From the human T2T-CHM13v2.0 reference genome, Homo sapiens, in NCBI RefSeq assembly GCF_009914755.1, contig NC_060944.1: 64,000 nucleotides of DNA. One strand, 5' to 3'. Below the pieces are notes generated by a model, which was not told the origin of the DNA, ran no database searches, and saw nothing but the letters and a program-made list of their open reading frames with translations. The position numbers and the translations under genes were made by a program. Position 1 is the first letter of the stretch, and each line of letters begins with the position of its first letter. This document shows positions 28,201 through 43,154 of the stretch, piece by piece.

Positions 28201-28749
28201 TTTTCCACCTAAAGTTCTTTCTCTTGGAGGGCTAGAGAGAAAGTGAGGTCCAGTTCTCTGGGAGTTAAATTCCGTTTACGAAACAGCAATCTCTCTAGGA
28301 GTCATACTTCTCAGGACTATTCCATTTTCTCAAAGCACGTATGCACAATTTGAAAATGTCTGAAGTCACAGTTTCGATGGTTGTTTCCACAAGGAGAGCT
28401 ATGGCCTATGAAATAAATGTCTGAGTCAGATTGGAAGAGAAAATGGAGAATGATGATTGACAAATATACTGATTTTGGAATAACACTTATTCTCTGCCTT
28501 CATGTCCAGGTCAATATTAGAATAATAATAATACTTTTCTTCATAATTTTGGAGGTATTAAATGTGCAATGTACGTGAAGACTTAAAAAAGTAAGGTGAC
28601 AAGAATTCCTAGTTGTTATAATGTAGTCATCCCTCAGCTCAGGTCCTGGGCTACAGTTTTTGCTTAGACACTTTTGGTGACTATAGGAAGCTGCAAGTTC
28701 TTTGTGGTATATTTGCAGAATATATTTACAACTTTTGAAACTGGAATTA

Positions 28750-28950
28750 CTTCATGATATCCATCAGTAGACAACCTTGTGAAGTAGATAAGACAGCTAT
28801 TATAATTTCTGTTTAACAAGTCAAATTTCTATTTAACCAGTTAAATTTCCATTTCACAATGGAGATTCAAAGGGGTTAAGTGACTTGCCTAAAGTCACAG
28901 ATCTGGTGGCAGTAGGACCAGAGGTAGATTCTAGAATTATGCTTCTCATT
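28750..28950 (-). mobile_element. MIR
   Basis: 'ggggttaagtgacttgcctaaagtcacagatctgg'. Confidence 0.7.
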
Positions 28951-29304
28951 AAACCTCTTCTCTCTCATTTTTTGTATTTCTTCGCAAGGGCTTCAAACAT
29001 CATTTCGTGAGTGTTTGAAGATTGACCTAGGGTCTTCATGATTACTCATCAGAGGCCCCTGCTGATCTTTTTACTGAAGTTTATATAAGAGAGAAATTTT
29101 AAAATCATTTCTTATTTACTTTTAAATATATTAGCAGTGACCCTGTGCTATCCAGATGAGTATAGGTGGTTTTCATCTTCATCTTGGGTTGGTTGCTGAA
29201 CATGCACGTGCCCAGATCTGGAGGCACACTGCAGCATGGCTGGTTAGCTTTCACAAGGCTTCAGCTCAAAGTTCATGCTCCAGCTAAGGGAGCCTTGGTT
29301 CTCT

Positions 29305-29480
29305 CAGTTGGCGCTAAAATTTTGCTTCCCAAATTTGAATGTGCAGATGAATCATCTGGAGATCTTGTAAATTATGACTCAGCATGTCTGGGATGAGGTC
29401 TGCAATTCTGTATTTCTAACAAGTCCCAGGTGACATGGATGTCATAGGTCTGAAGACCAAATTTTGAGTTTCATGTTAGA
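29305..29480. mobile_element. MER5A-type MITE
   Basis: 'ttcccaaatttgaatgtgcagatgaatcatctggagatcttgtaaa...ctgtatttctaacaagtcccaggtga...gaccaaattttgagt'. Confidence 0.75.
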
Positions 29481-29849
29481 TATGTCATTAATCATAGGGA
29501 TATCACAATTAGTGTTTCTCTGATAAAATAAATGGTGTTCAATAAACATCTAGCATTGCTTGACTGGGGTACAAGAATCTGGCAGGGCTTAGAGCTGAAT
29601 TCTCTTCCCAATAGACATGAGACCTCATATTCTAGGGAGCTCTGTGTTCAGCTACATAGTATAGAATTCCAGCACCACACAGAATATGTGGAAGGAAGCA
29701 GAGGTCTCCTTAGTGAGATATACATATTATTATTGATAATATAATAATAATAATAGCTTCATTTTCTTGAGAACTTGCCAAGTGCTAAGAACATATTAAC
29801 TCACTTCATTCAGCAGCTGAGACACAGAAAGTCTCAGTACCATGTTATG

Positions 29850-30610
29850 TGTGACAACCAGCATGAAAGAATAACAAATATATATATATATTGGTCTCTT
29901 TCCCCAGTTCCTGACACAAGGCTCCAAAACCCTTATAATTTCCCAGGCAACAGGAGTGCTAGAAGCATCTTTTGTATTAGTATTTGGTCTTTAGCCTGAT
30001 TCCTGACACAGAGCTCCTAAATCCCTTAGAACTTCCTGCATGCATGATAGGAGCATCTTTTTTTCTAATGAGTTGACTCTTGGTGGACTTCCAGATGGGG
30101 GCTGGTCACCAGACAGACTACACCATGCTTAGAAGCTTTGAAGTTTCAGCTTCATTTCCCATTCTCCATGAAGGGGAGAGGAGTTAAAGATTGAGTTAAT
30201 AATCATACTTATGTGATGAAGCCTCCATAAAAATCCCTGTAAGACTGGATCCATGTACCAGTAGGGTGGCATACCCCAACTCCACAGTGACAGAAACTCT
30301 TGTACTTGAGACCCTTTGGACCTTGCCTTATGTACCTTTTTATCTGGTTATTCATCTGTATCCTTTATCAGATCCTTTACTTTATTACGTAATAAACCAG
30401 TAAGGGTAAGTGTTTCCCTGAGTTCTGTGAGCCATTCTAGCAAATGATTGAACATGAGAATTGGGTTGTGGAAGCCTCTGATTTGTAGCTCAGTCAGACA
30501 GAAGTTGTGAGTAACCTGAAAACCCACCACTTGTGATTGGCAGGCAGTCTTGTGGGCCTGAGCCCTTAAACTGTGGAGTCTGTGCTAACTCCAGGTAGTT
30601 AATGTCAGAA
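29850..30610 (+). mobile_element. MER21-type LTR
   Basis: Characteristic repeated 'ttcctgacacagagctcctaaatccctt', 'gtttccctgagttctgtgagccattctagcaaat', and end 'ctgtggagtctgtgctaactccaggtagttaatgtcagaa'. Confidence 0.85.
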
Positions 30611-32402
30611 GTTATAGTGCTGAAAGATAAAAGTGTCAACCAAGAATTCTATACCTGGAAAAACTGTCCTCCAAAAATGAGAGGGGGATTAAGATAGCCC
30701 AAATTAACAAAAGCTGAGGGAGTTTGCTACGACTAGACCCATTGCACAACAAATGCTAAAGACAGTCTTTCAGGTTGAAATGAAAAAACAGTAGGTAGTA
30801 ACAGAAAAGCATATGAAAATATAAATATCTCCACTAAAGTAAATACATGGACAAATATAATAACCAGTATTATCGTAATGTTGTTTATAACCCCATGCTT
30901 TATTTCCTGCAAGATTTAAAAGACAAATGAACCAGAATAATTATAAATGTATGTTAATGGGCAGCCAATATATAAAGATGTAATTTATGACATTCATAAC
31001 ATAAATTAATGTTGTTAATTGATCTGTGAATGGGTACAGTTTTTTTTAATTCAATTGAAATTAAGTAGGCATAAATTTAACACAGATTATTATAACTTTA
31101 AGATGTTAAGTGTAATCCATATTATGACTACAAGGAAAATATCTATAAAATATAGACAAAAAGAAATGAAGAGAAAATCAAAACATGCCACCACAGAAAA
31201 ATAACAAAGAAACTGGATTTAAACTTGACATTTGAACAACTGGACATAATAGACACCTACAAAACACCCGACAATCACAGAATATACATTTTTCTCATCT
31301 ATACATGGAACATATTTGAAAACCAACTACATGTTTTGTCAAAAAACAAGTCTCAGTAAATTTTAAAAAATGAAATAATACCAAACATGCTCTTGGATGA
31401 CATTGAAATAAAAACAGAAATCAATATAAGATCTGTCAAAACTACATAATACCTGGAAATTAAACAACTTGAGGATCTTTTGTATTTCTGTATATTGCTC
31501 CTGAGTAACTCCTGGGTGAACATTAAATTAAGGCAGAAATCAAAATTAATGTTGAAATTAACAAAAATAGAAACACAACTTACCAAAATCTCTGGGTAGC
31601 AGCTTACACAGTATTAAAGGTAAGTTTATAGTCCTAAAGACCTTCATCAAGAAGTTAGAAAAATCTTAAATTAATATCTGACTTTGCACCTAAAGGAACT
31701 AGAAAAAAAAATCCAACTCCCAAGCTGGCAAAAGAAAAGACATAACTAAAATTAGAGAAGAACTGAACAAATTGAGATGCAAAAATTAATATAATACAAA
31801 AGATTACTGAAACCAAGAGTTGGTTTTTCAAAAAAATAAACAAGATTGATAGACCACTAGTAAGAATAACAAAGAAAAAAAGAGAGAAGACCTAAGTAGT
31901 ACATTCAGAAATGACGAAAATGACTTTACAATTGATCCCACAGAAATACAAAAGATCCTCGGATAATGCTATGAATAACTCTATGCACACAAATTAGAAC
32001 ATCTAGAAGAAATAGATAAATTCCTGGAAACAGAAAATCTCCCAAGATTGAATCAGGAAGAGATAGAAACCCCAAATAGACCAATATCAAACTATGAAAT
32101 TAAACCAATAATAAAAACCTACCAACCAAAATAGAAGGACCAGATGTATTCACAGCCAAATTCTACCAGACATATAAAGGAGAACTAGTACCAATGCTAC
32201 TGAAACTATTCCCAAAAATTAACGAGGAGAGACTCCTCCCTAACTCATTCTATGAAGCCAGAATCAGCCTGATACCAAAATCTGGCAGAGACACACAAAA
32301 AAAGGAAACTTCAGGCTAATATCCCTGATGAACAGAGACACAAAAATCCTTAACAAAATACTAACACATTGAATCCAGCAATGTGCAAATAGCCAAATAG
32401 TC

Positions 32403-32468
32403 TTAGGTTGAAGCAAAAGTAATTGCAGTTTTTGCCACAAAACCGCAAATACTTTTGCATCAACCTAA
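32403..32468. mobile_element. MADE1 (Hsmar1 mariner-derived MITE), internally shortened
   Basis: Inverted TIRs 'ttaggttgaagcaaaagtaattgcagttttt' / 'aaaaccgcaaatacttttgcatcaacctaa', followed by TA. Confidence 0.9.
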
Positions 32469-34037
32469 TAAATACACCATAATTAAGTAGGCTTTATTCC
32501 TTAGATTCAAGGCTGATTCAATCTATGCAAATCAATAAGTGTGATTCGCCATATAAACCATACAAACAGAATTTAAAACAAAATTCATATGATCACCTTA
32601 ATAGACACAGAAAAAGGTTTTGATAAAATCCAACATCACTTCATGATAAAAACCCTCAGCAGACTAGGCATTGAACACACGTACCTCAAAATAATGAGAG
32701 CCATCTATGACAGACCCATAGCCAACATCACACTGAATGGACAAAAGCTGGAAGCATCCCCCTTGAGAACTGCAACAAGGCAAGACGCCCAGTCTCACCG
32801 CTTCTATTCAACATATTACTGGAAGTCCTAGCCAGAACGATCAGACAAAATAAAAATATAAAAGGCATCCAAATAGGAAAAGAGGAAATCAAATTATCTC
32901 TCTTTGCCAATAATATAATTCTATACTTAGAAAACCCTAAACTTTCCACCAAAAGGCTACCAGAACTAATCAATGATTTTAGCAAGGTTTCAGGATACAA
33001 ACTCAGTATACAAAAATCGGTAACATTTCTATACACCAATAATGTGCAGGCTGAAAGTGAAATCAAAAACACAAACCCATGTATAATAGCCAGAAAGAAA
33101 ATAAAATACATAGGCATACAGCTAACCAAAGAGGTGAAAGACCTCTACAAAGAGAACTACAAAACATCGCTGAGAGAAATCAGAGACAACACAAATAAAT
33201 GAAAAAAAATCCATGCTCATGGATTGGAAGAATCAATATCATTAAAATTACCATGCTGCCCAAAGCGATTTATATATTCAATGCTGTTGCTATCAAACAA
33301 CCAACATCATTTTTCAAAGAAAACTATTCTAAAATTCATATGGAGATGAAAAAGAGCCCAAACAGCCAAAGCAATCCTAAACAAAAGGAACAAAGCTAGG
33401 GTCATCATACTACCCAACTTCAAACTACACTATAAGGCTACAGTGACTAAAACAGCATGATACTGGTCCAAAAATTAAAAAAAAAAAAAAAAACAGACAC
33501 ATAGACCAATGGAATAGAATAGAAAACTCTCAGGAAAAAAAGTTGCACATCTGTAAGCATCTGATCTTCAACAGAGCCAACAAAAACAAGCAATGGGGAA
33601 AGGACATCCTAATTAATAAATGGTGCTGGGATGGCTGGCTAGCCACATGCAGAAGAGTGAAATTGGACCCTTACCTTTTGCCATATACAATAATCAACCT
33701 GAGTTGAATTAAATATTTAAATATAAGAATTCAAGCTATAAAAATTCTATAAGAAAACCTAGGAAATACCTTTGTCAACACTGGCCTTGGCAAAGAATTC
33801 TTGACTATGTCACCAAAAGCAGTTGCAACAAAAACAAAAATTGACAAGTGAGACCTAATTAAACTAGAGAGCTTCTGCACAGCAAAAGAAACTATCAATA
33901 GACTAAACAGATAACCTACAGAATGGGAGAAGTATTTACAAACTAATATCTGTCAAAGGTCTAATATCCAGTATCTATAAGAAACTTAAATCAACAAGCA
34001 AAACACAAACAACCCCGCTCAAATATGAGCAAAGATA

Positions 34038-34515
<478 letters not shown>

Positions 34516-36841
34516 CTATGGAGAAAAGGGATCAGTTACCTAATGTTGGTGTAAATATAAATTAGTTCTGCCACTGCAGAAAACAGTTTGGAGATTTCTC
34601 AAATAACTTAAATAGCTTCCATACGACCCAGCAATTCCATTCTATAAATGTTCCCATTTCTAGAACAATTCTATAAATTGTTCTATCATAAAGACACATG
34701 CACACATATGTCCATCACAGCACTATTCACAGAAGTGAAGACATGGAATCAATATGCATGCCTGTTGACAATAGACTGGATAAGGAAAAGATGGTACATA
34801 TATATCACTGAACACTACACAGTCACAAAAAAAAGAATGAAATCGTGCCCTTTGCTGCAACATGGATGCTGCTGGAGATCATAATTCTAAGTGAATTAAT
34901 GCAGGAAAAGAAAAACAAATACTACATATTATCACTTATAAATGGCAGCTAAATATTGAGCACACATGGACATAAACACGGGAACAATAGGCATTGCAGA
35001 CTACTAGATGGGAGAGGGAGGAAGAGAGGTATAGGTTGAAAAAATACCTATTGGGTACTATGTTCACTATCTGGGTGCATTATACTCATGTAAACACCCT
35101 GTACATGTACCCCTTGTATCTAGAATAAAAGTTTAAATTTAAAGGAAACAACATGCCACCATACATGCACACACACACACAAAAAACTAAACACAAAAGA
35201 AGGCAGTAATAAAGGAAATGAGAGAGAAGGCATATAGAAAAAATAATAAAATTACAAAAAAAGTACATGTAGGCATATAAAGTAATTATTAATAGGTATG
35301 TACTTATTTTTTGTAATTTGGCATATATATTATATTTGTAGGCATATAAAGTAATTATTAATAGGCAGAATGGATGTTTTAAAATGGGATTCAATTATAT
35401 GATGCTTACAAGAAACTCACCTTTAGATAGAACACACTGGTTGAAAATGAAAAGATGAAATAAGATATTTCATGCATATAATAATCAAAATCTAACAAGA
35501 TTGACTTATACTAATATTAGACAAAATAAACTTCATGTCAAAAACTGTAATGAGGCAAATAAAGAGGTCATATAGTAATAAAAGGGCCAATTCTTCAAAA
35601 AGTTATAACCATTGTAAACATATATATACCAAACACCAGTGCTCTAACATATCTAAAGCAAACACAATTCGAAGTATAAGTGGAAACCTCTACAATAACA
35701 GTAGGAAACTTTAATACCCTATTATAAGTAATTGAGAGAAAAAACAAATAGAAGATTAATAAAGAAACAGAGGACATAAACAACACAATAGATTAATTGG
35801 ATCTAACAGATACGTATAAAGCAGTCCACCCAACAACAGCAGTATACAATTTTTTTCTCCAATGCACATCAAATATTCACATGATAGGCTATTTGTTAGG
35901 TCACAAAACAAGTCTTAACAAATTTTAAAAGATTAAAATTATACAAAGTATCTTAACAAATTTTAAAAGACTAAAATTATACAAAGTATCTTTTCCGATC
36001 CCAGTGGTATAAAATTAGAAATCAATAACAGGAGGAAAACTCACAAATATATGGAAATTAAACAATACACTCTTAAATAACCAATGGTTCAAAGAAGACG
36101 TCACAAGGGAAATTAGGAACTATCTTTTCTAATAAAAATTAAATTGGAAACACAACAGCAAATTTGTAGCTGTAAATACTTATGTTAAAAAAGAAAAAGA
36201 TCTCCAATCAACAACCTAACTTTACACCCTACCTAATTATAACAAAAGAATGAATTAAGCCTAGCTATAAGAGGGAAGAAAATAATAAAGAGTATAACAG
36301 AGATAAAATATAGAAGAGAAAAATGATAGAAAAAATAATAAAACAAAGATATTAAAAATATCGACCAAATTGACAAACCTTTAGCTAAATTGTGTAAGAA
36401 AAAAGGAGAAAAGATTCAAATAACTAAAATCAGAAATGAAAATGGGCACATTACTAATTATTTTAGAGAAATAAAAAGAATTTCAAGAAAGTAGTAAGAA
36501 AAATTGTATACTAACAAATTTAATAACCATCTCATAATAAACAAATTTCTAGAAACAACAACCTATTAAGACTGTATCATGAAGAAATAGAAAACCTACA
36601 TAAACCTTTAACTAGTAAGAGGATTGGATCAGTAATCAAAAACTTCCCGCAAAAGAAAAGTCCTGGACAAGATTACTTCTATCTGGTAAATGTTATCAAA
36701 CATTTAAAGATTTAACACCAATCCTCAGAGAACACTCTCTATCCCATTCTATGAGACTGGTATTACCTGGCACCAAATCTAGACAAGGACACTAAAGAAA
36801 AGAAAACCACAAGCCAATATCCCTTATAAACACTGGTGCAA

Positions 36842-37180
<339 letters not shown>

Positions 37181-40100
37181 CTAAATTCAACAGCTTATCA
37201 AGAAGATAATACACCATGACCAAGTGGGATTTATTCCTGGAATGCAACAGTTTTACAACACATGGAAATCAGTCAAGTAATACACCACTTTGATGGAATG
37301 GAAGAAAAAAACACATGATCATCTCAATGCAGAAAAATTATTTGATAAAATTCAACACCCATTCATGATAAAAAGCACTTAACAAACTAGGGATGAAATG
37401 AAAGTACCTTAACGTAATAAAGTTCCTGTATGTAAAACCCACAATTGACATCATACTCAATGGTGAAACGCTGGAAGTTGTTCAAGATCAAGAACAGGAC
37501 AAAGATATCCATTTTTGCTGCTTCTATTCTACATATATATTGAAAATTATAGCCAGAGCAATTAGGATAGAAAAAGAAATTAAAGTCATCCAAAACAGAG
37601 AGGAACAAATAAAATTATCTCTGTTCACGGATGACTTGATATTATATGTAGAAAACCCTAATGATTCCATAAATAAATAAATAAATACCTGGTAGAACTA
37701 ATAACCAAACTTAGCAAATTAGGAGTGCACAAAATCAACATACAAAAATAAATTATGTTTCTATATACTAACAGTGAATAATATGAACACAAAATTAAGA
37801 AAACAATTCCATCTACAATAACATCAAAATGGATAAAATACTTAGAAATAAACAAAACTAAGAAGACGAAAGACTTGTACACTGAAAAATACAAAATGTT
37901 CCTGGAAATTAAGAAATTAAGGAAGACACAAATAAATGGAAGACATCCCATGTTCATGGATTAGAAGATGTAATATTGTTAAAATGTCAATATTATTTAA
38001 AGTAATTTAAATAATGTCATGTCTTTCAAATTTCCAACACTGCTTTTTGCACAGGTTAAAAAAAATTCACCCTAAAACCCATATGAAATCTCAAGGACTC
38101 CCAAGTAGCCACAACAATTTTGAAAAAGCAGAAGAGGGCTCACACTTCCTGATTAATACAAAGCTAAGGTAATTAAAATAGGCTGTGTTGACAAAAAGAC
38201 AAGACATATAGACTAATAGAATAGAATAAAGATCTCAAAAATAAATCTTTGCATATATGGTCTTTAAATAAGGGTGTCAAGGCTATGTAATAGAAAAAAA
38301 ATAGGCTTTTCAAAAGGTGGTATTGAAAAAACTGGATATCTATGTGCAAAAAAATTAACTGGGACCCTTACCATATACAAAAATTCACTTAAGATGGGTG
38401 AAAAACCTAAATGGTTTTTGGTAAGTAAGACCAAAACTTTTAACAAAAAATGTAGGAGAAATTTTTCATGACATGGGATTTGGCAGTGGTTATTTAGATA
38501 CAACACCAAAAGCATCAGTAACAAAATTAAAAATAGATAAATTGGATTGACTTAAAATTAGAAACTTTTGTGCATGAAAAGACGCCATCAACAGAGTGAA
38601 AAGGCAATTATAAAATAATGCAAAATGCTTGCAAGTTGTATACCTGATAAAAAATTAATATCCAGAATATATAAAGAATTCCTACAACTCAACAATATCA
38701 ACAAAACAACCAAATTAAAAAATTGGCAAAGAACTTGAGTAGATATTTCCAAAGAAGATATACAGATGGCCAACAAGCAGTTGAAAAGATGTTCAACATT
38801 GCTTATCATTAGGAAAATGCAAATCAAAATTATGAGATTTCATTTCCTGATTTCAAGCTTAGTACAAAACTACAGTAAAAGAAAACAGTGCTACATTGAC
38901 ATAAAGACAGACATGTAGACTAATGAAATAGAGTACAGACTTTAGAAATAAATCCTTGTATATATGGTCTTTCAATATGGTATCAAGACTATTCAATAGG
39001 AAAAAATAGTCTTTTCAAAAGGTGGTATTGGGAAAACTGGATATCTTTGTGCAAAAGAATAAAATTGGACCCTTATCATATACAAAACTTCACTTAAAAT
39101 GGATTGAAAACCATATATAAGACTCAAAGCTACCAAACTTTTAGAAGAAAGTGTAAGGAAAATTTTTCATGACATTGGACTTCACATTCATTAGCATGGC
39201 CAGCATAAAACACACACATGCACACACACATGCACACCCACCCCCACACACACACACAGAGAAAGAGAAAGGGAGAAAATAACAAGTGTCAGGAAAACCG
39301 TGAATAAATTAGAACCCTTGAACACTGCTAGTGGAAATGTAAAATGGTGCCACCACTGTGGAAAACAGTATAATAGTTCCTGAAAAAGTTAAACATAGAA
39401 GTACTATGCAATTCAGAAATTCCACTTCTGGGTACACACTCAAATGAATTGAAAGCAGGTACTTGAACAGATATTTGTACACCAATGTTAATAGCAGAAT
39501 TATTAACAATAAACAAAAGATGGAAGCAACCCAAATGTTTATTGACAGATGAATTTATAAAGAAAATATGGTATACACATACAATGGAATATTATTCAGC
39601 CTTAAAAAGGAAGAAAATTCTGGCACATACCACAACATGGATGAACCTTGAAAACATTACACTATGTGAAATAAACCAGACACGACAGGACAAATATTGT
39701 ATGGTGCTACTCATACAAAGTACCTAAGGTAGTCAAATATGGAGATGGACAATAGAATGGTGGTTGCCAGGGGCTGTGAATAGAGGAAACAGGGAGTGAG
39801 TTTAATGGGTGCGGAATTTTAGCTTGAGAAGATAAAAAAATTCTGGTGATGGATAATGTTGATGGTTGTACAACAATGTGAATGTGCTTAATGCCACAGA
39901 GCTGTACACTTAAAAATAGTTAAAATGTTAAGTTTTAGTTCTGTACCTTTTACAACAATTTTAAAAAGAGAAAAAACTTACTGTGAGTGAAATGCCTAGT
40001 ATTCACAAATTCAACCTCCCTTCCCAAGGACAAGGTAATTAAAGAAAAATTAAACCAGTACATCTTACGTGTGACTCACAAGTGAAACAGAATTCTCTCT

Positions 40101-40359
40101 CCTTGTACACTCCTCTTTTCACTTTATTTAATTCAGCTTCTGATCGTGTCCAGTGCATTGTGAACTCTTTGAGCCCAGTGTGGTAAGGTGAGCATGCTGC
40201 GGGCCAAGAGTTGCCACCCCATCCTCCCACTGCATTGAATCCCCCAAGCTCTGAGGATTTTGTTTTCTCATGTAGGGTGGGTTTCATGAGAGCATGTAGC
40301 CCAGTAGATATTCTGCCGTATGTCTGCAGAATTAATACCTGTGGAGGCAGACTATAAAC

Positions 40360-40637
40360 CAGGGCTTGCAAACTCAAGAGACTTTAGGTGAGTGGAGATG
40401 ATGGGTGGAGACCTGTAATGTAGGCACCTGATGTGAAGGGGGAAGCCTTGAAGAGGTGAGATTCAATCCCTGCTCATTTTTCAACTAAATGTATATAATT
40501 CACTATATAATTATGTGAAATAGTCTTATTTTAAAATGCAGGAATTTAATTTAATTTAATTTACAAATACTGAGCAAACTAAACGACACCTATCTGTGGA
40601 TTGGATATGGCCCTTACGCCCCAGTTTGCAATCTCTG
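40360..40637. mobile_element. hAT-type MITE (MER102/MER45-like)
   Basis: Terminal inverted repeats 'cagggcttgcaaact' and 'agtttgcaatctctg'. Confidence 0.6.
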
Positions 40638-41181
40638 ACCTATATGAATGTAATTTATAATATGCAGCACTACCATTTTCTGGAGTCCTAGATATGTGGT
40701 GAGTAATTAACTAATTCCTTCGTGCAAACAAACAGTAGGAAATGGATTTCTGCATATTTAGTATCTTCCAAATATCACCCTGACCCGAGGCTATCAAACT
40801 AAATGGTATTTTGGGAAGGGCCATGTTTCCTTCTAAGAAAAAGATCTTAGAAAAGAGCCACATGGATTCCTCCTCTTCCAAGTCTTCTTTTCATTCTCTT
40901 CTTGTCATTCATGAGCTTGGTGGTCTACTACTTTCTTTACATGATGATGGAACACTGGTGACTTACGAGTCTTCCTGGAGCAACAGTTTCCGCCTCCTGC
41001 CCTTCCTCATCCTTTGACCAATCTCATTCTCTTGCCCACCATGGGCTATTGCACTGGCGTCTTTTGGGTTAAGAGCCAAGGAGGTTTGTCATTATCCTTT
41101 CCTTATTAAAAAAACGGGTCTTTCCAAAATTACATTTTGTTTAATATTCTCAAGTCAGGAGTGTGATGTTAAAACAATCAG

Positions 41182-41335
41182 GATGAGGGTTGAAAAATTA
41201 CCTATTGGGTACAATGTCCAATATTTGAGTGATGTGTACACTAGAAACCCAGCCCACACCATCACATATGAAATGCCCATGTGACAAACAAGCACAGGTA
41301 CCCCCTGAATCTAAAGTTTTTAAAATTTTTTTTAA
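41182..41335 (+). mobile_element. Short L1PB-type 3' end
   Basis: 'gagggttgaaaaattacctattgggtacaatgtcc...gcacaggtaccccctgaatctaaag'. Confidence 0.88.
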
Positions 41336-43154
41336 AGACTCAGATACTCTGTCACGGCCAACTAATTTTTATACCTTTGCAAATTTTAAGTAAGTTTCCA
41401 GGCTCCTATAAATTTTGTCTTTTAGAGAATAATTTTGAGGTGAAAAAATTAGGCTAATCACACTTAGCTAGAAGATGTGGAAATTCTAGAGAGTTTTGAA
41501 TGTACCACCTTCCTGTTATTTTTTCTATACAACAAACATATTACAGATGTAAATTGAAGATGCATATGGAAATGGAGGTTTAAATTAATATATATTATTT
41601 ACTTTTACCAACTTGCTCTTCTTTTTCCCTTTGCCTCCTGCCTCCCCTCGGTGCCCCTATTGGGGGTCTCCTTCTGTACCTATCCCTTGGGCTTGTGATT
41701 AGAATGTCATTCTAATCACAAGTGATCTCATGTGTGTAAACTCCAGTGATACAAAAATACACAATGTATTAGATGTATACTTGTATTACTGTGAAATAAA
41801 CTAGTCCCTCAAGCAATTCATAAAATCGATGTAATGACCTCATACTATACAGCATGCCCATGTTTCCTTGTGACCACATTTCCATACCCATCCTTGCACA
41901 TGTTATTTGTGTGATCTTCAGAGAGTGAAGGAGGTTATATTTCCTTGGAGATAGCTATATGCAAAACACGCTAGTACACACTTTTCTGAGTTGACTTGTT
42001 GTATCTTGTTTAATGGGATCTTTATTTTCATCCTCAGTTTGCAAATGAAGCAATGGTCACAGCTCTTTGTTCCGTTGGACATGATCTTGGCCCCTTGATG
42101 TTGCCATTACAATGGAGCTAGTTCTAACACACACAGGTGTGCATGCGTGCACACACACACACACACAACACACACAAATCTAATTTGAAGAACATGGAAT
42201 TCCATGCTGGTTTTAGTTTTCTGGGTTTTGCTTGTTTTTTCAGGATGTGCTAATGGGGTTGCTCAGACTCCCTGCATGGGGAGGCAAACAATCTAGGACT
42301 CCTATCTCCATTCAACATTTTGTTGCAAATAAAATGCTCTCTAGGGTTTAGGCTCCCTGGAAATGTGTTTTCTGGGAACTTTACCAAAAACAATTCATGT
42401 TTTGGAACCAAACCTATGAAGAATAACCCTTCTTTGGTATGAATTCAACAAAAAGTCTGCCCTTGGCTTCATTTTACAGCAGGAAACAGCCTGCTTGATA
42501 TTGGTTTTTCCAAAGGCCTCTTGCCCCTTCCTTTGTATACAGAGGGTCATACAGGCAGGTGCAAGCAGGGGCCCAGAAGAGCAGACAAAACTGACCTTTC
42601 ACGTTTTGTTTTAGGCCAGTGCGTATGGCTCCCAAAAGCATGGTGACCAAGGCAAACAACTTTCGACCTCTGCCCTCCTCACTTGTGCCTTCCCATTGTG
42701 GGTGAGGCATTCGTCTCACCCCATGACATGTCTTTTTAAGACAGAGAGACTGTGTATTGAGTTATGATGATTATTGTGACCTTCTGTTGTGATCTGTTAT
42801 TTTATTCTACACAATATATATATTGAGTAGATGTCACTTTAAAACAATATGCTATTTGTTTTCATATAGTCGTTAATGTTACCTTCTCATCTTAGTTTCT
42901 GTGTCTTTACCAAGTTGTGTTTTACCTTTATATTTTGTTTTGTTTCTTAGAACTTAGACATGGGGGTGGAGGTGGGATGAGGGAGATATTTAGTTCCTGG
43001 GACAGCCAGCATTGATTAATACAAACTGCATGCTCAGCAGTGTCATAGGCACTAGGAGAAGGGGGAGAGAAGGGTGTGGCTGTCACCTGTCCTTAAGGAT
43101 TTTGCTTCTATGGGAGAAAAGCCTTTCTCAAGTCCAGATGCTTGCATTGTGCAC

